From a candidate division FCPU426 bacterium (lineage in GTDB: Bacteria; Oederibacteriota; Muellerivitia; Muellerivitales; Muellerivitaceae), in contig CAWCKJ010000003.1 in assembly GCA_963796105.1 (NCBI GenBank), positions 800,001-864,000 on the forward strand: DNA of 64,000 nt, written 5' to 3'. The notes beneath the pieces were generated by a model. That model saw only the letters and a list, made by a program, of their open reading frames with translations. It was not told the origin of the DNA and searched no databases. Made by a program: the position numbers and the translations under genes. The stretch's first letter is position 1. Each line of letters starts with the position of its first letter. Positions 37,279 through 47,731 of this stretch are shown one piece after another.

Positions 37279-39462
37279 ATGGCAAGTGATGTCCCAGCTA
37301 AGCAAAAGCATATCAAGGCCGTAACCCTTTCCAACCAGGAAAGGATTATCCTCGCGAGCGAAAAAACCAGCGCGAGACTCCTGATGGTAGATTTTTTCAA
37401 AGATGTACTCACCTCCGCCGTCAACTCGGACAGCCGGGGGTTTCTCCAGAAGATCGTGTTATCGCTCAGGGAAAATTACTCGGACAAGCTGATTGACACT
37501 CTCAAGGAAGCCATCAGTTTCGGCGGGATCTCGAAGGATTGCGCCATCGACGCGAACAAGATCAACGAGCATTTGACAGGCACCCCCCCAAAACACGATG
37601 GACTTGGAACTGAGGAATTCTGCCAGCAGGCTTTGGCCTATCTTGAGTGGAAAAAAGACAACGACGGGGTCATGATGCAGCTGTTCCGTGACGTTTATGT
37701 TCATGACCGCGGGTTGAAAAAAGGAATATTACTGGAAGTGTCGATGGAGGCCGGTTCCCTTCTCGTACAGCAGGAAGCCGCGCAGGCAAAGCCATCCCGT
37801 CTCGACCCGCAGGAAACCGTCAAGGCCTTTATCCTGGACAACGTCAGAATGTTCGCCGAGGCGGAACAGGACAAAATAGAAGACATCAAGAATATGATGC
37901 GGTCTCTTTGGCCCGGGCTCTCAGGGGACATCGCCAACACCGACCTATTCCGGAAGCTGGACGGAAAACTGGATAAGGTGGATAAGGAGCAGGTGCATTA
38001 TTGGAACGGCTATCTGGGCCTGACGATCGCGGGCGTGAATGACGGTAAACCCCTCTGGTTCGATTGCCGCTCGCAGGACCAAACCAAGGAAGCCTCCGCC
38101 AAAAGGGAGAAAGAAAACGAGCTCTTGATGGCTCATTTGAACGAGAGCCACCTGCGGGAGCTGGCCGAGACGGAACAAGCGCCGGGTGACGAACCATCCA
38201 GGCCCGATGACAGCAAAGTTTACTATGGGGCAGGTCACAAAGTGAATTGCCGCGAGCCGATCCGCCTGCAGGACAGCACCAAACTTAGCGACTTGAGGAT
38301 ACGGGCGACTTATGAGGCCCCTAAACCGCAGGGCCTCAAGGGCAAGGTCGATTACTATAAGTTTATATATCCGATTCTCCCCCCCTATAACGACCCGGAG
38401 TTCAAGCAAGTCCTGGGCTACAACGAGCTTCTGGTGGGTTTGTTCGTAGATGAGAAAAGCCACAACGATGTGTTCTTTCTGGTTCGGACCAGGAGCGAGT
38501 TCGACTTTTTATTAAAAAACTACCGGGCTTATAAGTTTGAAAAACTCCTGGTCTGCGAATACGACATGGCATTGCGAAACTCCCTGCCTCCGAATGTCCT
38601 GAAGGATCTAAGGGTGATTATCGTGGAAAGAACGAGGTCGTTTCTCACCCAAAACAGGGGGAAAACTGACGCCATCTTAGCCGCCCTGAAAACCGGAAAG
38701 GGGGATGAAACACTCGCAGCTGTCATCGAGTACATCAAGGCCCAGCTTCCTCCTGACGGCAGACTGGCCTACGACCTGCGCAACAGCTTGAAAAAGGTCC
38801 TTTTGGAAAAACCCCGCATCCAACCGGCCAAGCAGGAGCTTCAAACCCATCAAGTGATCCAGGATAAACTTCTCATCCAGACCCAAAACGAGGTCAAAAC
38901 GAACCAAACAGCCCAGAGGATCCAAGCTTTCAAGGCGAGATTAGCGGCCCAAGTCAAACTGACCCTTCAGGCCAAAAAGGCTCTTGATATTTATACCGCG
39001 CCATTCATCGAGCTGGTGACCCAAGCCTATCAGGCCCGCCAGTTGCAGCCAAAACCCGCGCAACCAGCCGGTTCCAAAGGAAAACCATCCCCCCCGCCGC
39101 CCGCTGTCACATCCATCCAATCCCCGTTCCATTGGGAGACAGTCCTTCCCTGGGACAAGCTGGCCCAGATCGCCGAGAGTCTCGCGGAAAAGGCGAAAGC
39201 GGAAATGCCCGGCGAGAAGATCGTGTTGATCCTTCCCGAGGGCAACAAATACATTAACGATCGGCACCTTGAGGATCTCATAACATTTCTTTACGACCTC
39301 ACCATTAAAACCATCCGGGACCCAATCGCAAAGTTTTCCAATGTCATGGCGGAATCCCTATCAGACTACTTGGCTTCATTGGATGAGAACAACCGGCAGC
39401 AGATGATCGACGCTCTGGCAAGGCTCGCGGAGGAAATGACGCCGGTGGAACAACGGGGTTAA
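37279..39462 (+). CDS. Large hypothetical cytoplasmic protein (727 aa)
   Basis: Long ORF with GGGGG RBS and host-like codon use; no motif recognised. Confidence 0.8.
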   Translation: MASDVPAKQKHIKAVTLSNQERIILASEKTSARLLMVDFFKDVLTSAVNSDSRGFLQKIVLSLRENYSDKLIDTLKEAISFGGISKDCAIDANKINEHLTGTPPKHDGLGTEEFCQQALAYLEWKKDNDGVMMQLFRDVYVHDRGLKKGILLEVSMEAGSLLVQQEAAQAKPSRLDPQETVKAFILDNVRMFAEAEQDKIEDIKNMMRSLWPGLSGDIANTDLFRKLDGKLDKVDKEQVHYWNGYLGLTIAGVNDGKPLWFDCRSQDQTKEASAKREKENELLMAHLNESHLRELAETEQAPGDEPSRPDDSKVYYGAGHKVNCREPIRLQDSTKLSDLRIRATYEAPKPQGLKGKVDYYKFIYPILPPYNDPEFKQVLGYNELLVGLFVDEKSHNDVFFLVRTRSEFDFLLKNYRAYKFEKLLVCEYDMALRNSLPPNVLKDLRVIIVERTRSFLTQNRGKTDAILAALKTGKGDETLAAVIEYIKAQLPPDGRLAYDLRNSLKKVLLEKPRIQPAKQELQTHQVIQDKLLIQTQNEVKTNQTAQRIQAFKARLAAQVKLTLQAKKALDIYTAPFIELVTQAYQARQLQPKPAQPAGSKGKPSPPPPAVTSIQSPFHWETVLPWDKLAQIAESLAEKAKAEMPGEKIVLILPEGNKYINDRHLEDLITFLYDLTIKTIRDPIAKFSNVMAESLSDYLASLDENNRQQMIDALARLAEEMTPVEQRG

Positions 39463-39849
39463 CCGCGCATTTTCAAGTTCCCCATCGATCCTTTGGCGCG
39501 TTGGGAAAACCTCATCCTGAAGTTTTAAAATAACCTCCCGAAATAAAAGCCAATCCCTGAATCCCCCTTAAAACAATGAAAAAATCAAAAAGTGCACAAA
39601 CACAGTCTTTGTCCCAGGGCCTTTTTCCCATAAATAGAGTTCAAGCATTAAGTTTTTTGTTCAAGGTGAAATTCGGGCTCAAAAGATGATAGTCGTATCA
39701 ATTTAAGGACCATATAATAAACGGCGAAATCAGGGCCTTATCCAGTTCTCTCTATATATTAAAAAATTTTTTCAAAGTCCTATTTGTTTTAATAACAACT
39801 GTTTAAATCTTATCCAAATCAACATTTATAAAATTCCGGGGGTGTTTTA

Positions 39850-41928
39850 ATGCCGAAATGGGCTTCAACTAGTGGACCCATGCTTTTAAGGTGTTTAATT
39901 GCCCTGGCGTTCCTTCATATGATGACACCGTCCCTTTCCTGGTGCGCCTCCAAAACCATCATTGAGGATGACTCAGCCGATGATGTCGAGGAGGCTTCCA
40001 CTCCCACCGTTCCGGATGACAACTTATCTAAACACCTGGAAGCCCTTCACAACACCGAGGTGGTTTACAACGCCTCCGACAAAGAGAAAAAAACCACGGA
40101 AGCCGTCGGGTCCACCACTATCGTGACTTCCACGGAAATCAAGGTTGGAGGATTCCGCACCTTGGATGACCTCCTGAATTACGTCCGTGGTTTTTTCGTG
40201 ACCTATGACCGCGATTATAGTTACGTGGGTCTCCGGGGTTTTGGAAGCCTGGGAGGCTATAACTCGCGGATCCTGCTGATGGTGGATGGCCACAAGATCA
40301 ACGACAATATCTACGGCCAGTTTTACTCTGGACATGACGCCCCAATCGACATGGATATGGTGGACCATGTCGAGATCATCCGCGGTCCCGCCTCCGTCCT
40401 GAATGGTAACTCCGCCGTATTCGGGATCATCAATTTGATCACGAAAAAAGGAAAGGACATCAATGGGATCATCCTGTCCACCCAAGGTGGAAGCTTAAAC
40501 ACAATTGGGGGAGGAGCTCTTTATGGCGGGATAACGGATTCAGGTTTTCAATGGTCCGCGCAAGGCTCGGCCTATTACAGCGGCGGTAACTCCAGCCTTT
40601 ATTATCCCGAATACGACGACCCTTCCACCAATAACGGTATAGCCCTTAATTGCGACGGTGAAAACAGCCAGCATGGTTTCCTTAACCTTGGGATCGATGA
40701 TTGGATGTTCGAGACTGCAATCATGCACCGAAGCAAAACAATTCCAACGGGTGTCTATGAAACCGCATTCAACAACCCGGGCACATACACTGACGACACT
40801 GATTTTTTCGCTGAAATTGCCTACCGCCAAGGCGATCCGGAGAGCGGACAGTGGCTGGGCCGCCTTCATTTGGATGTCGCCGACTATACCGGTCATTACT
40901 TGTCAACGGGCACCCTTGTTCCCAATATTGATATTGGCGACGGGGCCTGGTGCGGCGCCGAACTGCAATATGCCTTTATCCCATTCTCACGCAACAAGTT
41001 CACTGTGGGCGGCGAGTTCGTGGATAATTTCCAGCAATATCAGCAAAATTATGATTTGGGCGGCGCCACATATTTGGATGATAACCGCCAATCCACCCAA
41101 GAGTCCTTGTATGCCCAGGACGAAATAAGGCTTTTGCCGAATTTGCTCCTGAACGCCGGGGGGCGTTACGAATATTTTTCGGTATCCGGGGGTCAATTCG
41201 TACCTCGTGGAGCGTTGATCTGGCAGCCTTGCCGGGAAACCGTCATGAAACTCATCGCCGGGGAGGCCTTCAGGGCTCCTGATGCTTTTGAGCTTTATTA
41301 CTCCGATAACGGAAACAGCCAGGTGGCCAATCCTGATTTGAAGAATGAATCATTTGAGACTTACGAATTCGACTGGGAACAAACTTTCGAGACTAATCAC
41401 CGTGTTCTCCTTTCCCTCTATCATTACGTCGGTGAAAACCTGATTCTGATGGTTCCCGTCACCATCAACTCCGAGTTGGATATCAATGAGAATATCGGTC
41501 ACGTCTCCCTGAATGGGCTAGAAATGGAATATCAATACCAGAACGCGGGCGGCATCCAAGGACGGGTGAGTTGGGCCTACCAACGGGCCCAAGACGATAT
41601 CACTGGCCAAGTTCTCCCTGATTCCCCTCAAAACCTTGGCAAGGCCAGCCTGCAAGTCCCTCTTGACGCTAAGCACCTTACAATAGCTGGGGAGTGCCAA
41701 TTTACCGCGGCCAGTTACGGTTTTAACGGTGTTTGGGCCCCTGATTACACTCTTTTCAATTTGAAGCTTTATGCCCCACATTTCATTTGGGAAAACATGG
41801 AAGCGAATTTGGATTTCTATAATTTATTCGACACGAGGTATTACCAGCCGGTCGCGAACGAATTTAAACAGTTAACGCTTCAACAAGATGGGCTCGTGAT
41901 CTGGGGCAAATTGGCTTACAAGTTGTGA
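39850..41928 (+). CDS. TonB-dependent outer-membrane receptor
   Basis: Plug motifs RILLMVDG, IEIIRGPASVLNG..GIINLITKK; NPDLKNE; NLFD..Y; C-terminal LAYKL. Confidence 0.92.
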   Translation: MPKWASTSGPMLLRCLIALAFLHMMTPSLSWCASKTIIEDDSADDVEEASTPTVPDDNLSKHLEALHNTEVVYNASDKEKKTTEAVGSTTIVTSTEIKVGGFRTLDDLLNYVRGFFVTYDRDYSYVGLRGFGSLGGYNSRILLMVDGHKINDNIYGQFYSGHDAPIDMDMVDHVEIIRGPASVLNGNSAVFGIINLITKKGKDINGIILSTQGGSLNTIGGGALYGGITDSGFQWSAQGSAYYSGGNSSLYYPEYDDPSTNNGIALNCDGENSQHGFLNLGIDDWMFETAIMHRSKTIPTGVYETAFNNPGTYTDDTDFFAEIAYRQGDPESGQWLGRLHLDVADYTGHYLSTGTLVPNIDIGDGAWCGAELQYAFIPFSRNKFTVGGEFVDNFQQYQQNYDLGGATYLDDNRQSTQESLYAQDEIRLLPNLLLNAGGRYEYFSVSGGQFVPRGALIWQPCRETVMKLIAGEAFRAPDAFELYYSDNGNSQVANPDLKNESFETYEFDWEQTFETNHRVLLSLYHYVGENLILMVPVTINSELDINENIGHVSLNGLEMEYQYQNAGGIQGRVSWAYQRAQDDITGQVLPDSPQNLGKASLQVPLDAKHLTIAGECQFTAASYGFNGVWAPDYTLFNLKLYAPHFIWENMEANLDFYNLFDTRYYQPVANEFKQLTLQQDGLVIWGKLAYKL

Positions 41929-42008
41929 GGCAAGATGAAGAGCGGGGATAAAGCGGGATGGGGTACTTTTGATTTTTTCACCGACGGTTTAAGGAAGAGG
42001 TTTCATCC

Positions 42009-42737
42009 GTGAAAAACGCGAAGCTATTCTTATTAACGGTTCTATTGGCGCTATCCGGCTCGGCTTATAGCGCGAATATTTCGGAATATTCGCTCAAAGC
42101 CACCTACCTTTCCAATTTCGCCGAACTTGTGAAATGGCCAAAATCCGCGTTTACCGATAATACCTCGCCGATCGTCTTGGGTATTCTGGGAGAAGACCCA
42201 TTTGGGACCACAATAGATGAAACAGTCACGGGCAAAACCGTGGGAGGCCGTTCCTTGATCGTGAAGCGTTTTAACAATTTCACGGAGGATCAATTGGCCG
42301 AAATAAAAAATTGCCAAATCCTATTCATCGCCGATTCGGAACAGGACAACATCAGGGAAATCCTGTCAAATTTGAAAGATACCGCGTTGCTGACCGTCTC
42401 TGAAATCAACCGCTTCCCCATGATGGGGGGAATGATCAGTTTCACGCAGGAAGGCGACATCATCGGGCTGGTCGTGAATCAAAAAACGGCCATAAAAGCA
42501 GGATTGAAAATCAGTCCCCAATTGCTGAAGGTCGCGAAACTTTATATGCAGGTGAACGCCTCGAAAGTCAGGACACTTTATTACGAGGGGATCCAGCTTT
42601 ACCTCAACGGGGAGATCAAGGCAGCCATCAAGAAGTGGAAGGAATGCCTGGACGAAGACCCGGGATACATCGACGCTAAAGAGAAAATTTCCAAGGCCAG
42701 AGCCAAGCTTAAAGCTCTCACAAGCATCAGCGAATAA
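42009..42737 (+). CDS. YfiR/DUF4154-family periplasmic protein with C-terminal TPR-like extension
   Basis: EYSLKATYLSNFAELVKWP, LGILGEDPFG, GGMISF, LKISPQLLKVA. Confidence 0.85.
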   Translation: MKNAKLFLLTVLLALSGSAYSANISEYSLKATYLSNFAELVKWPKSAFTDNTSPIVLGILGEDPFGTTIDETVTGKTVGGRSLIVKRFNNFTEDQLAEIKNCQILFIADSEQDNIREILSNLKDTALLTVSEINRFPMMGGMISFTQEGDIIGLVVNQKTAIKAGLKISPQLLKVAKLYMQVNASKVRTLYYEGIQLYLNGEIKAAIKKWKECLDEDPGYIDAKEKISKARAKLKALTSISE

Positions 42738-42819
42738 ATCACCTCATCCTCTTAAGCACAGGAATAATCGCGTCTCTTCTCTTGTTCTTGTCCGGCCTTT
42801 TCCATTTTAGCTTTTAGTT

Positions 42820-44388
42820 TTATTCAACAACACCCGCGTCTGTGGGCGGATGGTGGAGGGGCCTGTTCGGGAGGAAAAAACCCATAAAAACCCCCATCAT
42901 GCACAAGGCGCCCCCGAACATAAAAGCGTCTTGATATCCATGAACCAGGGCTCCTTGGACGACGGACTTTCCCATCACCGTCTGGGCGAACATCCGCGCG
43001 TCAAGGTGGTTGAGGCCCAACCCTTTCGCGTGAATCATCAATCCCGAGACAGCTCGGTTGACGGCGGAGCTTGATATCTGCATTCCAGATCCCATGACCC
43101 CCAAGTGGTAAACAGCGCGGTGGCTGAAAACGGTAGCCAGAAGCGCGATGCCGATGGATCCCCCGACTTGCATGGTGATGTTCATGAGGCTGGAGGCCAT
43201 GGGAATTTCCTTGTGCTCCACCGCGTTCATGGCGGCGGCAGTCATGGGGGCCATCAGGAGGCCCATACCCACGCCTCGGATCAACGTCGGCCAAATGACG
43301 TCCCACAAGCTCATGGAAGGATCGATATTGCGGTATTCCCACATGAACCAGGTGGTGAGGAGCATCCCAATAACGGTGGGGATTCGAGGGCCAATGGAAT
43401 CACTGATTTTGCCTGAGATGGGCATGATGAGAGAGACGACCAGGGCCCCCGGCAACATGGCCAAACCTGTTTGAATCTCGTTAAGCCCCATCATTCTTTG
43501 CAGGAAAAGGGGTATCAGGAAGAGACCCCCGAAAAGAGCCACCGAGCGCATGAGGCCCAAGATCATTGTGATAGTGAAAACCCCGTGTCTGAAAACCTTG
43601 AGGTTGATAATGGGTTCTTGCACCACGTTTTCCACCAACATGAACAGCACGAAACCAATCAGGCTCAAAAAAGCGCACCAGAAAATATATTCCGAGTTCC
43701 AGCCTTTGGACTCCCCCTTGGAAAGCCCCAAGAGAAACGCCACTAGGAAAAGGGTCATGGAAAAAAATCCCATGTAGTCAAAGGTCTCCCGGGCGTGCTC
43801 GGATTTTCGGTCCTTTCGAAGGATTTCGATGGCCATGAGGACGGCGAAAATGCCCACCGGCAGGTTCACCAGGAAGATGGATCGCCAACCGAAGTCGTGA
43901 GTAAGCCATCCCCCCAGGGTGGGACCGATGGTGGGTCCCATGATGACGCCCATGCCCCAGAAGCCCATGGCTTTCCCCCGCTCCCGCGGTGGAAAAACAT
44001 CCGAGATCATGGCCATGCCCGTGGGATTGATCGCGCCTCCCCCCAGGGCCTGCAGGATGCGGGCGGTGATGAGGGATGGAAGATTCCAGGCCAAGCCGCA
44101 CATCAGCGACCCGCCGGTAAACAGGATCAAGCTGTAAATGAAGATTCGTTTGTAGCCGATATGGTCGCGCAGCCAGCCTGTCATGGGCATCAACACGGCG
44201 AAGGCCAGCATATAGCCTGTCATAACCCATTCGATGTCATCCACGTCCACGCCGAAGTCGGCCATGATGTTTGGGATGGACACGTTCACGATGCTGCTGT
44301 CCATCACGGCCATGAAAGTGCCGATCATGACGACCAGCAAAACCCACCATTTGTAGGATTGGTCAGCCTCGACGGCGGGAGCTTCCAT
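42820..44388 (-). CDS. DHA2 (EmrB/QacA) MFS efflux transporter
   Basis: GTFMAVMDSSIVNVSIP, ARILQALGGG, GPTLGGWL..WRSIFLVNLPVG. Confidence 0.93.
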   Translation of the reverse strand: MEAPAVEADQSYKWWVLLVVMIGTFMAVMDSSIVNVSIPNIMADFGVDVDDIEWVMTGYMLAFAVLMPMTGWLRDHIGYKRIFIYSLILFTGGSLMCGLAWNLPSLITARILQALGGGAINPTGMAMISDVFPPRERGKAMGFWGMGVIMGPTIGPTLGGWLTHDFGWRSIFLVNLPVGIFAVLMAIEILRKDRKSEHARETFDYMGFFSMTLFLVAFLLGLSKGESKGWNSEYIFWCAFLSLIGFVLFMLVENVVQEPIINLKVFRHGVFTITMILGLMRSVALFGGLFLIPLFLQRMMGLNEIQTGLAMLPGALVVSLIMPISGKISDSIGPRIPTVIGMLLTTWFMWEYRNIDPSMSLWDVIWPTLIRGVGMGLLMAPMTAAAMNAVEHKEIPMASSLMNITMQVGGSIGIALLATVFSHRAVYHLGVMGSGMQISSSAVNRAVSGLMIHAKGLGLNHLDARMFAQTVMGKSVVQGALVHGYQDAFMFGGALCMMGVFMGFFLPNRPLHHPPTDAGVVE

Positions 44389-44390
44389 GC

Positions 44391-45272
44391 TTATCTTGTC
44401 CGGATACTGATCTCAACCGATTGGCCAACGCGTAAAACTCGGCCCGGGTGCGGATCAAGGACCACCTTGATGGCGACCCTCTGGACCTGCTTGGTGAAAT
44501 TGCCGGAACCGTTATCGGCCGGAATCAAGGCGAACTGGGCGGCCACGGCCTGCCTGATTTCAGAAACTTTTCCCGTCAAGTTCCCTCCCTCGTCCACGGA
44601 AATCTTGACTGATTGGCCGGCCTTCACTCCACCCACTTTTGTTTCCTCGATATTGGATGCCACCCAGGCATGCACCAGGTCGGCCACAGCGAAGACGCTT
44701 TGCCCGGTTTCAAGCATATTTCCGACTTCAGCGGTCTTCTGGACCACAATGCCGTCCAGGGGGCTCTTGATGTAGGTTCTTTCCACCGCCAGACGGGCCA
44801 GATCGTCATCCGTTTGCGCCGCGCGGAAATCCTGCAATGCCGAGTCCAATTGCTGTTGGGGCGCGGCCCTGCCGGCCACAAGCCGGTTGAGGCGCTGATA
44901 TTGAATCTCCGCGAGGGTCTTTCTCGCCTCAGCTTTGGCGAACAGGGCGTTCGCCTGGGTGTGATCCAGCTCGGCTAAAACCATCCCGACGGTGACGGAA
45001 GTCCCCTCGGTGGCGTAAACAGATACCAGCGGACCAGCCGCGCCCTCGTTGGAAAGACGCACGAGAGTGGCGTCAATGCGTGCGTCATCAGTGGAAACAT
45101 AGGGATGGAAGAAAAACCACCAAACCAAGAATCCCGCGAGGACGACGACCAATGAAACCCGGAATGTAGCTTTGGACCTGGGATGTTTCCACCAGTCCGC
45201 TGGCCGGTTTCCATTCGAAAAATTTTCCTGCCCATTGGATTGGGATGTTGGGGAGTTGTTTTGAGTTGTCAC
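44391..45272 (-). CDS. EmrA/HlyD-family membrane fusion protein
   Basis: STDDARI, IKSPLDG, FALIPADNGSGNFTKQVQRV. Confidence 0.92.
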   Translation of the reverse strand: MTTQNNSPTSQSNGQENFSNGNRPADWWKHPRSKATFRVSLVVVLAGFLVWWFFFHPYVSTDDARIDATLVRLSNEGAAGPLVSVYATEGTSVTVGMVLAELDHTQANALFAKAEARKTLAEIQYQRLNRLVAGRAAPQQQLDSALQDFRAAQTDDDLARLAVERTYIKSPLDGIVVQKTAEVGNMLETGQSVFAVADLVHAWVASNIEETKVGGVKAGQSVKISVDEGGNLTGKVSEIRQAVAAQFALIPADNGSGNFTKQVQRVAIKVVLDPHPGRVLRVGQSVEISIRTR

Positions 45273-45536
45273 TGCGCTTGTCCTTTATTTATTCATCATT
45301 GATCATAAAACATAAAACCATTCCGAAATGAATCGTGGGCGATTCCCTTTTCAAGACCGGCATTCTACTCTTTATGCGATATTTAGCAAATTGCCGTTCT
45401 TTCATTAGAAGTAACCCAAAACATTGAGGTTCGGTTAAATAAGCAATATAGTAAATTTAGAAATTGGTTCAGAATGATTAACGTATTTGGCAAATCTTAA
45501 TTCATTCTTCAACCCGGGCTTAAGGATAACAAAAAA

Positions 45537-47717
45537 ATGCCAATGTTAGATGTTTTAAGAAACCGGGCATGGAAATTCTTTTGGCCCGTCTTTTACCTCG
45601 CAATGTGGGAAATCTTGTTGCGAGCGCAAAACCCAGGCCTGATGACCGATGACAGCGGTGAGATCGCAACAGCCTCGATCTGCCTGGGAATCGGGCATGC
45701 CCCGGGCTATCCTCTTTATATTCTGATTTCGCGGCTTGCCGGCCTTCTGCCGGTCGGCACCCCGGTTTTCAGGCTGAATCTCCTAGCGTCTCTATTTACC
45801 TTATTGGCTATCCATTTGACCCTTGTGGCCTGCCGCAAGCTTCACAAAGAATCCAGTGATACCCTGCCTATAATTCAACAAGAATTGTGGTTGGTGTTCA
45901 CTGCCTTCTCATTGTTGTTCTGTGAGAGTGTATTTGCCCAGAGCCTTACCGCTAAGGGTGGGATTTACACCTTTACGTTGATGAACTTCGCCCTGATGCT
46001 CTGGGCTTGTTCCGCCGCGGAATCGGACAGGTGGATTCTCTGGGTTTTGTTCATTTGGTCGGTCGGAATGGGATCCCATTGGCCCTTCCAGGTTATATTC
46101 TTAATCATGTTGCTTATCCGCTATGGGCCGAAAATCTCGAATCAATCTCCGCCTAAAATCTTTCACGGGCTGTCTTTCACAATAATAGGTTTTTCCTCAT
46201 TCCTTTATCTTCCCTTGCGGGCCGCGAAATCCCCCCCTTTGAATTGGGAAAACCCCCGAACCCTTGAGGCCTTTTGGTCCATTGTCTCCAGAAGGTATTT
46301 CACCGCGGGTGAATTCGCCAGCCGCAGCCAGGGCGAATGGGTACGGAACATCCTCGAATTCCTGAAAGTAATGGGTCTGCATTGGTGGCCCGGTTTAGTC
46401 CTGCTGGGAATAGCGGGTGCCTGGTTCCTTTTCCGCCAGCGGCCAGCCTTGGCAGCGGCTTATCTTGGTTGTTACGCGGTCCTTGTGGCCGCCATTATCC
46501 GTGTCACTCATTTCGACACAAGCACTCTTTATTTGGAAACAAATTATCTCGTATGTACCCAGGCCTTACCAGCCTTGCTAGCTTACATCGGGGCGGCGTC
46601 CCTGACAAACCGATGGCTGTGTTCCCTGCCAAAATTGGCGTCAGGTGTCGCCCTGACGGCCGTCTTCGCGGCCGCCTGCTGGGGTTATTTGGTTTTCGAC
46701 CGCCAGCAAAAATCTTCTTATACAATCGCGGAGGATCTCGGCGTCAATTTGCTCAAGGAACTTCCAAAGGATTCCCTGGTCATGTTGGACACGGATGTGA
46801 CAATCATGCCAGGACTCTACCAGAGGTATATCCAAGGCAAGAGGCCTGATGTAGCGATGATTTTCCTCCCTTTCATCCAATCCAATTGGGGTTTTGCTCA
46901 GGCCGTGGCTGAAAACAAGGATCGAATAAATCCAAAGGGTTCAGTCAGGAGTTTCCAGGATGCCGTGCGAATTTTCATGGATCCCAGCCGAACCATGTGC
47001 TCAGCCTTTTTCTACGCGTCCTATAAGCAGACTCTTGAACAGGCTGGGTTGGGAGACCTGGCTGGACGTCTTAAACCATGGGGCTTGAGTTATCGGCTTA
47101 GTACGGAATCGCAGGAACCAGAACAAATTTCTTCCGAGGTTTGGCATATTACTTCAAGGCACCGGTTGAGGAATATTGACACTGTAAAGAACCTTCCAGA
47201 AACCGAGTTCACGTGTCAGGTTTACCGGAATGATTACGCCCGCCCCCACTTGGAGGCTGGCTACCTTCTTTTAAAAAACGGGTTTCTCTATGACGCTGTC
47301 CGGCAATATCAAAAAGCCTTGTTGATTTTTCCGGACGTGCGGGGTGTTTACCTAAATTTAGCCTTGTATTTCGAAGGGGCCGGTTATCTGGATATGGCTG
47401 AGGTTTTTTGTGAAAAGGAAATGACGGTCGCCCCTGATTCGGCGGATGCCCTGGAAACCCGCGGGGATATCCTCATGAAACTGGGGGCTTGGCGCAATGC
47501 CGCGGACACTTATGGACTTTGTCTGAAAATCAACCCTGGTTCAAGCAACGCCCGGATCAATCAGGAAATCGCTATGGGCAAATTAACCGCCACCCCTCCC
47601 GCCATTCTCCCGCCCAGAAAGAGTGCGGACGAATACAACGTCCTTGGAAAGAAATTTCAACAAGATGGCCAGGATATGCTCGCTTCAGTAGCTTTTGAGA
47701 CAGCCCGAAAGAATTAG
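45537..47717 (+). CDS. DUF2723/TMEM260-like GT-C membrane protein with C-terminal TPRs
   Basis: DDSGE..LGIGHAPGYPLY, YLPLRAA..PPLNWENP, RPDV; TPRs at the C-terminus. Confidence 0.85.
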   Translation: MPMLDVLRNRAWKFFWPVFYLAMWEILLRAQNPGLMTDDSGEIATASICLGIGHAPGYPLYILISRLAGLLPVGTPVFRLNLLASLFTLLAIHLTLVACRKLHKESSDTLPIIQQELWLVFTAFSLLFCESVFAQSLTAKGGIYTFTLMNFALMLWACSAAESDRWILWVLFIWSVGMGSHWPFQVIFLIMLLIRYGPKISNQSPPKIFHGLSFTIIGFSSFLYLPLRAAKSPPLNWENPRTLEAFWSIVSRRYFTAGEFASRSQGEWVRNILEFLKVMGLHWWPGLVLLGIAGAWFLFRQRPALAAAYLGCYAVLVAAIIRVTHFDTSTLYLETNYLVCTQALPALLAYIGAASLTNRWLCSLPKLASGVALTAVFAAACWGYLVFDRQQKSSYTIAEDLGVNLLKELPKDSLVMLDTDVTIMPGLYQRYIQGKRPDVAMIFLPFIQSNWGFAQAVAENKDRINPKGSVRSFQDAVRIFMDPSRTMCSAFFYASYKQTLEQAGLGDLAGRLKPWGLSYRLSTESQEPEQISSEVWHITSRHRLRNIDTVKNLPETEFTCQVYRNDYARPHLEAGYLLLKNGFLYDAVRQYQKALLIFPDVRGVYLNLALYFEGAGYLDMAEVFCEKEMTVAPDSADALETRGDILMKLGAWRNAADTYGLCLKINPGSSNARINQEIAMGKLTATPPAILPPRKSADEYNVLGKKFQQDGQDMLASVAFETARKN

Positions 47718-47731
47718 GTGTTAATCAAACC

